This document shows positions 29,911 to 39,167 of a DNA stretch of 64,000 bases, piece after piece. The stretch comes from a bacterium. GTDB lineage: Bacteria > SAR324 > NAC60-12. The notes under the pieces are model-generated. The model saw only the letters and a list, made by a program, of their open reading frames with translations, made no database searches and was not told the origin of the DNA. The stretch lies in contig CBDDTI010000746.1 in assembly GCA_965233585.1 (NCBI GenBank), forward strand, positions 416,001 to 480,000, written 5' to 3'. How positions within the stretch are numbered: position 1 is the first letter of the stretch; every line of letters begins with the position of its first letter. Made by a program: the position numbers and the translations under genes.

Positions 29911-30114
29911 TTCTTTGTCCTGTCCTTCTGTCGGTTGGTGCTTGAGTTTGCTCTGTGCAAAACTCAACTCACTTTTACTTTTTATCTGAGGCATGGTAAG
30001 CTCCCTATCCGAGACAGTCAAATTTTGGGTCAGGTCAACAAGTTGTCTTGACGTTAGCAGTCTATTTTGGTAGAGGGAGCTTCAGCCAAAGCTCAACAGA
30101 TTGAACACGAACTC

Positions 30115-32214
30115 ATGAAACTCAATTATTATCTCTTCTCAATCCTTTTTCTAATCAGCTTCGTTTTAGATGGATTCAGTCTAGCTTTTGGTGAGAAGTT
30201 GTTGTTGAAAGAAGAAACAAGGTATCCGATTGAAAAACAGCATTTAGAATTTTTGGAAGACCCCAGCAATCAGCTCAGTATCATTGATGTTTTGCAGAGG
30301 TCAACAGACTTCCAAGATGCCCCTGCAACTCCCCTTAACTTTGGCTTAAGCAAATCTACTTATTGGCTGAGGATAGACCTCCAAAATTTTATAGGAACTG
30401 CTCAAAGAACAGACTGGGTTTTGGTGATTAGAAACCCTTTTTTGAAAAAAGCATCGGTGTATTTGGTAGGGAGGTCTTTATGGGGTTCAGGTGATTTGAT
30501 CAGTTTTCGTGGCTTAACCAAGCATCTCCTTAACTACCGTTTCCCCTCTGTCATTTTGGATCTCAAAATCGCTGAAGAGAATACACTTTACATTCAAGTC
30601 CAATCACACGGTGAGGTTTATTATCCTATCTATTTAACATCCCATCATCAGCTGATGGACCTCTCACGCACCGAAAACACCATCTTTGGTATCACAGTAG
30701 GTGCTGTTCTTTTGGTGATTGTCTCCTCATTTTTTCTATTTCTTTCCACTAAAAAATCTGTCTTTTTGTGCATGATTTTATATTCAGCTCTCATCCCTGC
30801 AACAAGTTATATGCAAGTAGGATACATGCAGTTCTTCTTGCCAGATACTTGGTATGGACAGAGTGGTGTTTTGTTTACTTCCCTAGTTTTTCTGGCGATG
30901 GCAAGTATTTACCTGTTTGCCATCGTCTTTTTAGAGTTGCCCAAGCAGTATCCCAAACTCACACTCATCTTCAAAGGCTTCCTCATCCTGTCTTTGGCAT
31001 TTAGTGTCATTCCATTTTTCAATCTACACTTTTCGGTGGTTCTAGCGGTTGTGACTTCGTCCTTGATGATTGTGAATGTGACGGTGACTTGTCTTCACAT
31101 CTTCAGGTCTAAAGCCCCAAATCGTAGGGAGGCTATCCGTTATCTGGTCACTTGGAGTCCCATTGCTTCAGTCATTGTAGCCAAAATTGTAGTGCTTGTA
31201 GGGATTCCTGTGCCGGAGGTGATTATAGAAAACAATACGTCTTTTGGCATCTTAGTTCATGTGTATTTAGTGATGTTCCTGCTTTTGATGCGAGTCAAAG
31301 CAATGGAAAGAGATAGAATCAGGGCAAACGAAGAAGTGAATAAGCTGCTAGATGCCTTCCGGGTCTTTGTCCCTGCAAAAATCTTAGACACTGCAGAACA
31401 TCACTCTGCCTCTATCAACATCAATCAATCTTACGAGGAGTTCATCACCTTGTTTTTTGCTGACATGCGGGGATTTACCGAAATTTCAGAGTCCATGCTT
31501 CCGGGTACTTTGATGAGATTCCTCAACCTTTACTTTCAAAGGTTTCACAGAGTCACTGCCAAACATGGAGGAGTGATTGACAAATACATTGGCGATGCTG
31601 CCATGGTGATTTATGGCTCACACGATGCACGACCTTCAGAGTCTGCAGGAGCCTCTTTAGCATCTGCTGTGGGCTTGCAAGACAAGCTCCAACGTTACTC
31701 AAGAAAATGGGGTTCAAAGCATCTGATTCCCCAAATGGGCATCGGGATTCACAGTGGGCAAGTGATTATGGGAACAGTTGGTTCAACAAATAGAAAAGAT
31801 TTTACAGTCATTGGGGACGCTGTCAATGTTGCTGCAAGACTAGAATCCCTCACCAAATACTATGGTGTCAAAGTGTTACTCACTGAAACAACTTACCGAC
31901 TTTTGGATGACAAAAACAACATTCGTTTTGTAGATCACATTGCTGTTTATGGAAAAACCGAACCCACAAAGATTTATCAACGACTCATTTATGAAGAAAT
32001 TGGTGAGTTTGCAAAAATTCAAATGTTCTACCAAGAAGCCATAGGTAGCTACTATCAACAAAATTTTAAGTATGCTCTGGATTCCTTCCAAAACATGCAG
32101 CAACTCTCACCCAATGACCAAGTCTTGAATGTCTTCATTCAAAGATGCCAACACTTCTTGCAATACCCCCCAGAGTCAAATTGGGACGGTGTGTTTTACT
32201 TAAAGTCTAAATAG
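30115..32214 (+). CDS. 7TMR-DISM sensor class III adenylate cyclase, copy 3
   Basis: Same architecture; MKLN start. Confidence 0.9.
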   Translation: MKLNYYLFSILFLISFVLDGFSLAFGEKLLLKEETRYPIEKQHLEFLEDPSNQLSIIDVLQRSTDFQDAPATPLNFGLSKSTYWLRIDLQNFIGTAQRTDWVLVIRNPFLKKASVYLVGRSLWGSGDLISFRGLTKHLLNYRFPSVILDLKIAEENTLYIQVQSHGEVYYPIYLTSHHQLMDLSRTENTIFGITVGAVLLVIVSSFFLFLSTKKSVFLCMILYSALIPATSYMQVGYMQFFLPDTWYGQSGVLFTSLVFLAMASIYLFAIVFLELPKQYPKLTLIFKGFLILSLAFSVIPFFNLHFSVVLAVVTSSLMIVNVTVTCLHIFRSKAPNRREAIRYLVTWSPIASVIVAKIVVLVGIPVPEVIIENNTSFGILVHVYLVMFLLLMRVKAMERDRIRANEEVNKLLDAFRVFVPAKILDTAEHHSASININQSYEEFITLFFADMRGFTEISESMLPGTLMRFLNLYFQRFHRVTAKHGGVIDKYIGDAAMVIYGSHDARPSESAGASLASAVGLQDKLQRYSRKWGSKHLIPQMGIGIHSGQVIMGTVGSTNRKDFTVIGDAVNVAARLESLTKYYGVKVLLTETTYRLLDDKNNIRFVDHIAVYGKTEPTKIYQRLIYEEIGEFAKIQMFYQEAIGSYYQQNFKYALDSFQNMQQLSPNDQVLNVFIQRCQHFLQYPPESNWDGVFYLKSK

Positions 32215-32256
32215 CTTCTTAATCAGTCCAAAGCTCAAAGGGTTTAATACCAAACC

Positions 32257-34359
32257 ATGAAACTCAATTCTTATTTTTTCTCAATCTTTTTTCTAACAAG
32301 TTTCGTTTTGAATGGCTTCAGCTTAGCCTTTGGTCAAAGACTGTTGTTGAACGAAGACAAAAAATATCCGATTGAAAAACAGTATTTAAAGTTTTTGAAA
32401 GACCCCAACAATCAGCTCAGTATCATAGATGTTTTAAAGAAGTCAGCAGATTTTCAAGATGCCACTTCTGCACCCTTAAACTTTGGCTTGAGCAAATCCA
32501 CTTATTGGCTTCAAATAAACCTTCAAAACTTCGTAGGAATCTCTGATAACATGAAATGGGCTTTGGTGATTCAAAACCCTTTTTTGAAACAGGCATCAGT
32601 TCACTTAAAGCAGGGAGAGCGACTATGGAGTTCAGTTGATTTGATCAAATTCTATGGGCTAGAACATCACCTCCCCAGCTACCGCTTCCCTACTGTCATC
32701 TTGGATATTGAATTAGCTGAAGAAACGACAATTTATATCCAACTCCAATCACACCTTGAGGCTTATTACCCTATCTATCTAATCCCTCATCATCAGCTGA
32801 TGGACGTCTCACGCACCGAAAACACCTCCTTTGGTATCACCATAGGTGCCATTTTTATAGTGGTTGTCTCCTCGCTTTTTTTGTTCTTTTCTACTAAAAA
32901 ATCTATATTTTTGTATATGATTTTATACTCATTGCTGAGCCCTACAGTAACTCATATACAAGTAGGATATGTTCAATTCTTCTTACCAGATTCTTGGTAT
33001 GGGAAAAGTGATGTGTTGTTTACTTTTATAGTCTCTGTTGCCATGTCAAGCGTTTACCTCTTTGCCATGGTCTTTATAGGGTTACCAGAGAGGTACCCTA
33101 AACTGACGTTTTTGTTCAAAGGTTGCCTCATCTTCTCTTTGGTGTGTAGTTTCATTGCGTTTGTTGATGTGCAGGTTTCAATGATAGTCACAACTGTGTC
33201 TGCAATCATCATGGTCACAAATTTGACGATTGCTTGTGTTCATGTTTACAGGTCAAAAGCCCCAAATCGTAAGGAAGCCATCTGTTATCTGATTGCTTGG
33301 TGTCCTGTCGTGATTGCAATTCTTGCCAAAACTATAGTGCTTGCAGGAGTTCCTGTACCAAAGATGATTGTAGATCACAGCATGTCTGTTGGAATCTTGG
33401 TGCATGTGTATTTGGTGATGTTACTGCTTTTGATGTGTGTCAGAGCGATTGAGCAAGATAGACTCAGAGCAAATGCAGAATTGGCTACACTCTTAGATGC
33501 CTTCAAAGTCTTTGTCCCTGCCAAAATTCTGGACACTGCAGAACATAGCTCTACCTCTATCAACATTAATCAATCTTACGAGGAGTTCATCACTTTGTTT
33601 TTTGCTGACATGCGGGGCTTTACCAAAATCTCAGAGTCTATGTCTCCGGGAAGTCTGATGAAATTTCTTAACCTTTACTTTGAAAGGTTTCACAGAGTGA
33701 CTGCCAAACATGGAGGAGTGATTGACAAATACATTGGGGACGCTGCCATGGTGATTTATAGCTTACACAATGCACGACCTGCAGAGTCTGCCAGTGCTGC
33801 TTTAGCATCTGCTGTGGGATTGCAAGACAAGCTCCAACGTTACTCAGCAAAATGGGGGTCAAAGCATCTGATTCCCCAAATGGGCATCGGGATTCACAGC
33901 GGTCAAGTCACCATGGGAACAGTTGGCTCAACAAATAGAAAAGATTTCACAGTCATTGGGGACGCTGTCAATGTTGCCGCAAGACTAGAATCCCTCACTA
34001 AGTACTATGGGATTAAGTTGTTACTCACTGAAACAACTTATCAACTTTTGAATGACAAAAATTATATTCGTTTTGTAGATCACATTGCTGTTTACGGAAA
34101 AACCGAACCCACCAAGATTTATCAACGACTCATTCACCAAGAAATAGATGAGTTTGAAAAAATTCAAATGTTCTACCAAGAAGCGATAGATGCCTACTAT
34201 CAACAAAACTTCAAGGAGGCTTTAGATTCATTCCAAAACATGCAACAGCTCTCGCCAAATGACCAAGTCTTGAATGTCTTCATTCAAAGATGCCAGCACT
34301 TCCTCCAATCACCCCCAGAAGCAGATTGGGACGGAGTGTTTTATTTAGACACTAAATAA
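32257..34359 (+). CDS. 7TMR-DISM sensor class III adenylate cyclase, copy 4
   Basis: Same architecture. Confidence 0.9.
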   Translation: MKLNSYFFSIFFLTSFVLNGFSLAFGQRLLLNEDKKYPIEKQYLKFLKDPNNQLSIIDVLKKSADFQDATSAPLNFGLSKSTYWLQINLQNFVGISDNMKWALVIQNPFLKQASVHLKQGERLWSSVDLIKFYGLEHHLPSYRFPTVILDIELAEETTIYIQLQSHLEAYYPIYLIPHHQLMDVSRTENTSFGITIGAIFIVVVSSLFLFFSTKKSIFLYMILYSLLSPTVTHIQVGYVQFFLPDSWYGKSDVLFTFIVSVAMSSVYLFAMVFIGLPERYPKLTFLFKGCLIFSLVCSFIAFVDVQVSMIVTTVSAIIMVTNLTIACVHVYRSKAPNRKEAICYLIAWCPVVIAILAKTIVLAGVPVPKMIVDHSMSVGILVHVYLVMLLLLMCVRAIEQDRLRANAELATLLDAFKVFVPAKILDTAEHSSTSININQSYEEFITLFFADMRGFTKISESMSPGSLMKFLNLYFERFHRVTAKHGGVIDKYIGDAAMVIYSLHNARPAESASAALASAVGLQDKLQRYSAKWGSKHLIPQMGIGIHSGQVTMGTVGSTNRKDFTVIGDAVNVAARLESLTKYYGIKLLLTETTYQLLNDKNYIRFVDHIAVYGKTEPTKIYQRLIHQEIDEFEKIQMFYQEAIDAYYQQNFKEALDSFQNMQQLSPNDQVLNVFIQRCQHFLQSPPEADWDGVFYLDTK

Positions 34360-34619
34360 TTTCTGAATCCGCTTATCAATTTGGTGACAAAAAGCAACCA
34401 GCAATTTTTTAGGGAAGCTCCAAAAGACTCACAAGGTCTCAAAGACTCATTCCTTCTCAGGCTCATCTTTAAATCCACTTGCTCTTTTTATCTGAGTCGT
34501 GGTAAGCTCCCTAGCCTAAGACCATGAGATTTCTGATGAGGTCAACAAATTGCGGGACACCTACGTTCTATTTTGATGGGAACGGTTCTACTAAAGCTCA
34601 AAAGGTTTAACACTGACTT

Positions 34620-36740
34620 ATGAAACTAAATCATCATCTGTTTTTTATGTTTTTTTTGACAAGTGTCATTTTAGATGGCTTCAGCTTAGCCTTTGGTCAA
34701 AGACTGTTGTTGAACGAAGACAAAAAATATCCGATTGAAAAACAGTATTTAAAGTTTTTGAAAGACTCTAGCAATCAGCTGAGTATCATAGATGTTTTAC
34801 AGAGGTCGGAAGATTTCCAACAAGTCTCTGTTACACCTGTCAACTTTGGTCTGAATCGTTCTACTTATTGGTTTAAAATAGACCTGCTCAATTTGTCATA
34901 CTTTGAAAGACAAGAATGGGTTCTAATTGTTCGCAATCCTTTTTTAAAAACGGTGTCTGTTTACATAGAGAATGGAGAACAACTATGGAGTTCAGGTCAT
35001 GTGCTAGAGTCTCATGGTCTGCAAGCTCAGCCTTTTGACTACCGCTTCCCCAATGTGTCTTTAGCCCTTCACATGGCTGAAGAATTGACAGTGTACGTCA
35101 AAGTGCAGTCCAATGTTGAGGCTTATTATCCCATCGTTTTGCTACCTGCGCACGAGATGGCTAACTCAATCCAAATGGAAAACATTGTGCTTGGTACTAC
35201 GGTGGGGGCATTGTTTTTATTGACGATTGCCACCATCGCTCTCTTTCTTTCTACCAGAAGTCCTGTCTTTTTATACATGGTTTTATATACCATTTTGGCA
35301 TCCATGGCTGCTCAGATGCAACTTGGTCATGTTCAGTTTTTCTTGCCCAGTCATTGGTACCCCTACAATCACGTTTTGTTTTCATTCATCATCTGTATTG
35401 CAGTGGCATCAAGTTATTTGTTCTCTATGACATTTCTGCAACTCTCAAGTTCTTACCCTAAGCTCACACTTCTTTTTAGGGGCAATCTGTTAGTTGCTTT
35501 ATTAGGGAGTCTGTCCCCATTTTATGATGGACATTGGGGAATGATCACAGCCAATGTGGTCTCGTTCATAATGATTGTCAATCTGTTGACAGCTTGTTAC
35601 ACCATTTGTCGCTCAGAGAGCAAAGTCCGTTGGGAGGCAGTTTACTATCTCTTGACTTGGGTTCCTCCAATCATTGCCATTTTGACCAAATTTTTCTTGT
35701 CTGCAGGGGTACGTTTTTCAGAATTTTTTGTAGAAAGCAGTATGTCTTTTGCATTTTTATTACATACTTATTTGATCATGTTCCTTCTGTTCATGCGGGT
35801 CAAAAAGATAGAACAAGACAGAATCAAAGCCGACAAAAAATCGCTAGAGATTGCCGAAAAACAACTGAAGTTATTGGACACCTTCCAAATTTTTGTCCCT
35901 GCCAAAATTCTGGACACTGCAGAACATAGCTCTACCTCTATCAACATCAATCAATCTTACGAGGAGTTCATCACTTTGTTTTTTGCTGACATGCGGGGCT
36001 TTACCAAAATCTCAGAGTCCATGACACCGGGAAGTTTGATGAAATTTCTCAATCTTTACTTTGAAAGGTTTCACAGAGTGACTGCCAAATATGGAGGAGT
36101 GATTGATAAGTACATTGGCGATGCTGCCATGGTGATTTACAGCTTACACAATGCACGACCTGCAGAGTCTGCCAGTGCTGCTTTAGCATCTGCTGTGGGA
36201 TTGCAAGACAAGCTCCAACGTTACCAAGCAAAATGGGGTGCCAACTATCCTATTCCCCAAATGGGCATTGGGATTCACAGCGGTCAGGTCATCATGGGAA
36301 CAGTTGGCTCAAAAAATAGAAAAGATTTCACAGTCATTGGGGACGCTGTCAATGTTGCCGCAAGGCTAGAATCCCTCACTAAATACTATGGAATTAAGTT
36401 GTTACTCACTGAAACAACTTACCAACTTTTGAATGACAAAAATTATATTCGTTTTATAGATCACATTGCCGTTTATGGAAAAACCGAACCCACCAAGATT
36501 TATCAAAGGCTTATTTATCAAGAAATAGATGAGTTTGAAAAAATTCAAATGTTCTACCAAGATGCGATAGATGACTACTATCAACAAAACTTCAAGGAGG
36601 CTTTGACCTTACTCCAAAGCATGCAGCAACTCTCACCCAATGACCAAGTCTTGAACGTCTTCATTCAAAGATGCCAGCACTTCCTCCAATCACCTCCGAA
36701 AAAGAATTGGGACGGCGTGTTCTATTTAAACTCTAAGTAG
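34620..36740 (+). CDS. 7TMR-DISM sensor class III adenylate cyclase, copy 5
   Basis: Same architecture; most divergent sensor; linker 7 aa longer. Confidence 0.9.
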   Translation: MKLNHHLFFMFFLTSVILDGFSLAFGQRLLLNEDKKYPIEKQYLKFLKDSSNQLSIIDVLQRSEDFQQVSVTPVNFGLNRSTYWFKIDLLNLSYFERQEWVLIVRNPFLKTVSVYIENGEQLWSSGHVLESHGLQAQPFDYRFPNVSLALHMAEELTVYVKVQSNVEAYYPIVLLPAHEMANSIQMENIVLGTTVGALFLLTIATIALFLSTRSPVFLYMVLYTILASMAAQMQLGHVQFFLPSHWYPYNHVLFSFIICIAVASSYLFSMTFLQLSSSYPKLTLLFRGNLLVALLGSLSPFYDGHWGMITANVVSFIMIVNLLTACYTICRSESKVRWEAVYYLLTWVPPIIAILTKFFLSAGVRFSEFFVESSMSFAFLLHTYLIMFLLFMRVKKIEQDRIKADKKSLEIAEKQLKLLDTFQIFVPAKILDTAEHSSTSININQSYEEFITLFFADMRGFTKISESMTPGSLMKFLNLYFERFHRVTAKYGGVIDKYIGDAAMVIYSLHNARPAESASAALASAVGLQDKLQRYQAKWGANYPIPQMGIGIHSGQVIMGTVGSKNRKDFTVIGDAVNVAARLESLTKYYGIKLLLTETTYQLLNDKNYIRFIDHIAVYGKTEPTKIYQRLIYQEIDEFEKIQMFYQDAIDDYYQQNFKEALTLLQSMQQLSPNDQVLNVFIQRCQHFLQSPPKKNWDGVFYLNSK

Positions 36741-36818
36741 TTTCTTAATCCATCACCAATTTGATGACAAGAAGCAACCAGCAATTTTTAGGGAAGGTTC
36801 AAAAATCCACAGTCTGCC

Positions 36819-38123
36819 TCAACACGATGAAAGTTGAGTAAGGCTTGGGGTTTGGAAGAAATGAGAAAAGACTTGCTGAGTGGCATGTAAATCATGGACT
36901 CCGCAAATTTCGCGAACAGAGTGCATAGAAAGCATGGCAGCCCCAACATCAATGGTCGTGATTCCAAGATGAGATGCCAAATAAGGTGCAATGGTACTGC
37001 CACAACCCATGTCATTTCTGCTGGCAAAATTTTGCACAGGTTGGTTGATGGATTGGCAAAGATTTTCAAAAATTGCCACAGATTCACCTGAAGTCATGTA
37101 CCTGCCATTGACATTGGATTTGACCACCAAACCCGCATTCATTTTGGGGTGCAAGTGTTCGTCATGGCGATCTACATAATTGGGGTGAAGGGCATGAGCC
37201 ATGTCAGCAGAGATCAAAAACGACTTGGCAAAGGCACGAGCGACGTCTTCAGTCTGAAGTTTTGGACAGTAGGACTCACAAATCCGATTCAAGACACAAG
37301 CCGCAAATGACGATTTAGCCCCCGCTCCTGTTTCGCTCCCAATTTCTTCATGGTCAAAGCCCAGACTGACGCACGTCCCATCAAATCCTTCTCCTGCTTT
37401 GATCAAGGCTTGGGTTGCACAAAATCCTGAAAACAAATTGTCTAGTCTTGGTGCGGCAATCCATTCATCATGTAACCCCAGCAATGTGGAGGGCTGTGTG
37501 TCGCACAAAGCCAAATCATAACTTAAAATTCGTTCTGCTTCTGCTTCCTTTGCCAAAAACTGCAAAAGAGAGTCTTCTGATTCTTCAAGCGAATAGATGG
37601 GCTTCAGATGCCTTTGGGGATTCAGCTTTAAACCTTCGCGGTTGACATCACGATTTAAATGAATGGCAAGCAAAGGAATCCGCAATAATGGCTTTTTGAC
37701 ATGAATGAGCTTATCAGAAATTTTGCCTTCTTCTTCCACCAGCAAACGTCCTGCAAGGGACAAATCACGGTCTAACCAACTTGACAGCAACACGCCTCCG
37801 TACACCTCCACGTTCAGCTGACGGTAGCCTTGTTGACAAAATGTTGCTTCAGGCTTCAGCCGTAAATTTGGGGAATCCGTATGCCACCCGATTAAACGAA
37901 ACCCTGTTGCCGTTGGGGACTGCCTTCCCATCGTCCAAGCAATGATGGCACCACCTGCACGTGTGGTGTAATACTTTTGACCTTGCTCCAAATTCCATGC
38001 TTCTGACTCATCAAGTGCCTGAAAGCCGTGAGCGTCTAGCTGCTGCCTGACGTTTTGTGTGGCATGAAAAGGAGTGGGTGAATTGTCAATGAATGTCAGC
38101 AGTTGTTGGGTCAGTGGTTTCAT
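36819..38123 (-). CDS. apeB: M18 family aminopeptidase (aspartyl aminopeptidase, ApeB-like)
   Basis: SPTPFHA, HTDSP, WLDRDLSLAGR, RLDNL, DHEEIGS, SADMAHALHPNY, MHSVRE. Confidence 0.9.
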   Translation of the reverse strand: MKPLTQQLLTFIDNSPTPFHATQNVRQQLDAHGFQALDESEAWNLEQGQKYYTTRAGGAIIAWTMGRQSPTATGFRLIGWHTDSPNLRLKPEATFCQQGYRQLNVEVYGGVLLSSWLDRDLSLAGRLLVEEEGKISDKLIHVKKPLLRIPLLAIHLNRDVNREGLKLNPQRHLKPIYSLEESEDSLLQFLAKEAEAERILSYDLALCDTQPSTLLGLHDEWIAAPRLDNLFSGFCATQALIKAGEGFDGTCVSLGFDHEEIGSETGAGAKSSFAACVLNRICESYCPKLQTEDVARAFAKSFLISADMAHALHPNYVDRHDEHLHPKMNAGLVVKSNVNGRYMTSGESVAIFENLCQSINQPVQNFASRNDMGCGSTIAPYLASHLGITTIDVGAAMLSMHSVREICGVHDLHATQQVFSHFFQTPSLTQLSSC

Positions 38124-38136
38124 CAAAAAAATTTCT

Positions 38137-38187
38137 GTTGAATTGATTGAGTTGATTGAGTTGATTAAATGAATTGAATTGATTGAA
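38137..38187. repeat. Short low-complexity TTGA/TTGATTGAG repeat tract
   Basis: GTTGAATTGATTGAGTTGATTGAGTTGATTAAATGAATTGAATTGATTGAA. Confidence 0.6.
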
Positions 38188-38195
38188 AGAAGAGT

Positions 38196-38891
38196 TTACT
38201 GAAGTTTAAATTTGGTGACTTTAATCAGCTCAATCAAAGCATTGCGGGTTTGCCTTTGACTTTGGAATCGTTCAATGTTGGCAAAGGCGATGCGCTGCAC
38301 GGCAACGACAAGCTGGGGAGATTGCGATGCTGTAACCAGTTGAGCAAGAAAGTCAATTAATTTCTGGCTTTCTTGTGGAACAGTAGAACTTTGCAAAAAG
38401 GTTTGAAGAGTGCCAAGTAGCTCCATAGAATACTTGTTGTCTGGCAGTTGAAGCAGAATGGGCATCATTTGGCTGATGATGTCAAGCCTTGCCTGCATGA
38501 GTGGGGTTTGCATGAGTTGGTCTTTTAAGACACGAAATTGGATTTGCAATTTAAGCAAGTCTGCTTGTTTTTTGTTGTGAAAATAGTCTGCCACTTCTCC
38601 AAGCTCAATCATCGCCTGCTGATAATTCCCTGAAGCCAAAGCATCTTTGGCACGTTCCACAGGGATTCGCTCAATCATTTTCAAAGAGTTTTGATATTCT
38701 TCAGAAGTGGGGGGAACTTTACGAAAAAAAACAACCGAATTGGCATAATTCTTTTTTTCAAACGAGGCAACCCCTGCTTGATAAAAACAATTTGCCACAC
38801 CTTCAAAACCGACAGGGCATTCAGGTTCAAAAGTCAACAATGAACAACCTGCCACCACCAAAACAAGTCCCAGCTTAAAACGTCTTACCAT
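38196..38891 (-). CDS. Hypothetical helical (TPR-like) lipoprotein
   Basis: MVRRFKLGLVLVVAG-C lipobox; FYQAGVASFEKKNY TPR-like helix. Confidence 0.65.
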   Translation of the reverse strand: MVRRFKLGLVLVVAGCSLLTFEPECPVGFEGVANCFYQAGVASFEKKNYANSVVFFRKVPPTSEEYQNSLKMIERIPVERAKDALASGNYQQAMIELGEVADYFHNKKQADLLKLQIQFRVLKDQLMQTPLMQARLDIISQMMPILLQLPDNKYSMELLGTLQTFLQSSTVPQESQKLIDFLAQLVTASQSPQLVVAVQRIAFANIERFQSQRQTRNALIELIKVTKFKLQ

Positions 38892-38970
38892 GTTCTTAAT
38901 CCAAATCAAAGCATGTAGCAAACTTTGCACCAAATGACTCACTTTTTTCACTTTTATTCTTCCTTCTTGA

Positions 38971-38981
38971 TGTGCTAGAAT
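38971..38981 (+). promoter_or_regulatory. Extended -10 promoter for the small ORF-xth unit
   Basis: TGTGC-TAGAAT, 45 nt upstream of the ATG at 39027. Confidence 0.45.
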
Positions 38982-39026
38982 GTTTGGTTTTTATTTTTGC
39001 TGATTATTTTTATTGAAAGGGGAATC

Positions 39027-39167
39027 ATGTCTAAAACACAAAAAACGCGTCTTCGTCGCCTTCGTCATCACCGAGCCAATCGTTGCAACCTGCAAAAATC
39101 CCAAAAACGCATGGCAAGCAATGTCAATGTCATCCGCCAGCTGGAGGCGATTCTGACTTCTAAGTGA
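39027..39167 (+). CDS. 46-aa small basic protein (not in the ORF track)
   Basis: RBS GAAAGGGG; MSKTQKTRLRRLRHHRANRCNLQKSQKRMASNVNVIRQLEAILTSK; stop overlaps the xth start (GTGA). Confidence 0.7.
   Translation: MSKTQKTRLRRLRHHRANRCNLQKSQKRMASNVNVIRQLEAILTSK

Larger units (their letters stand above)
25228..36800 (+). repeat. Tandem amplification array of five ~2.1-2.4 kb units with homologous spacers
   Basis: Shared spacer motifs such as AAAAGACTCACAAG, GGTAAGCTCCCTA, TTTCTGATGAG, AGGGTTTAATACCAAACCATG, AAGCAACCAGCAATTTTT. Confidence 0.9.

Noticed and set aside
25228..36800. CRISPR array or DGR as the explanation for repeats in the cyclase region
   Set aside because: Repeats are gene-sized paralogs with no short repeat-spacer periodicity; no reverse transcriptase or cas gene, and differences are not adenine-specific
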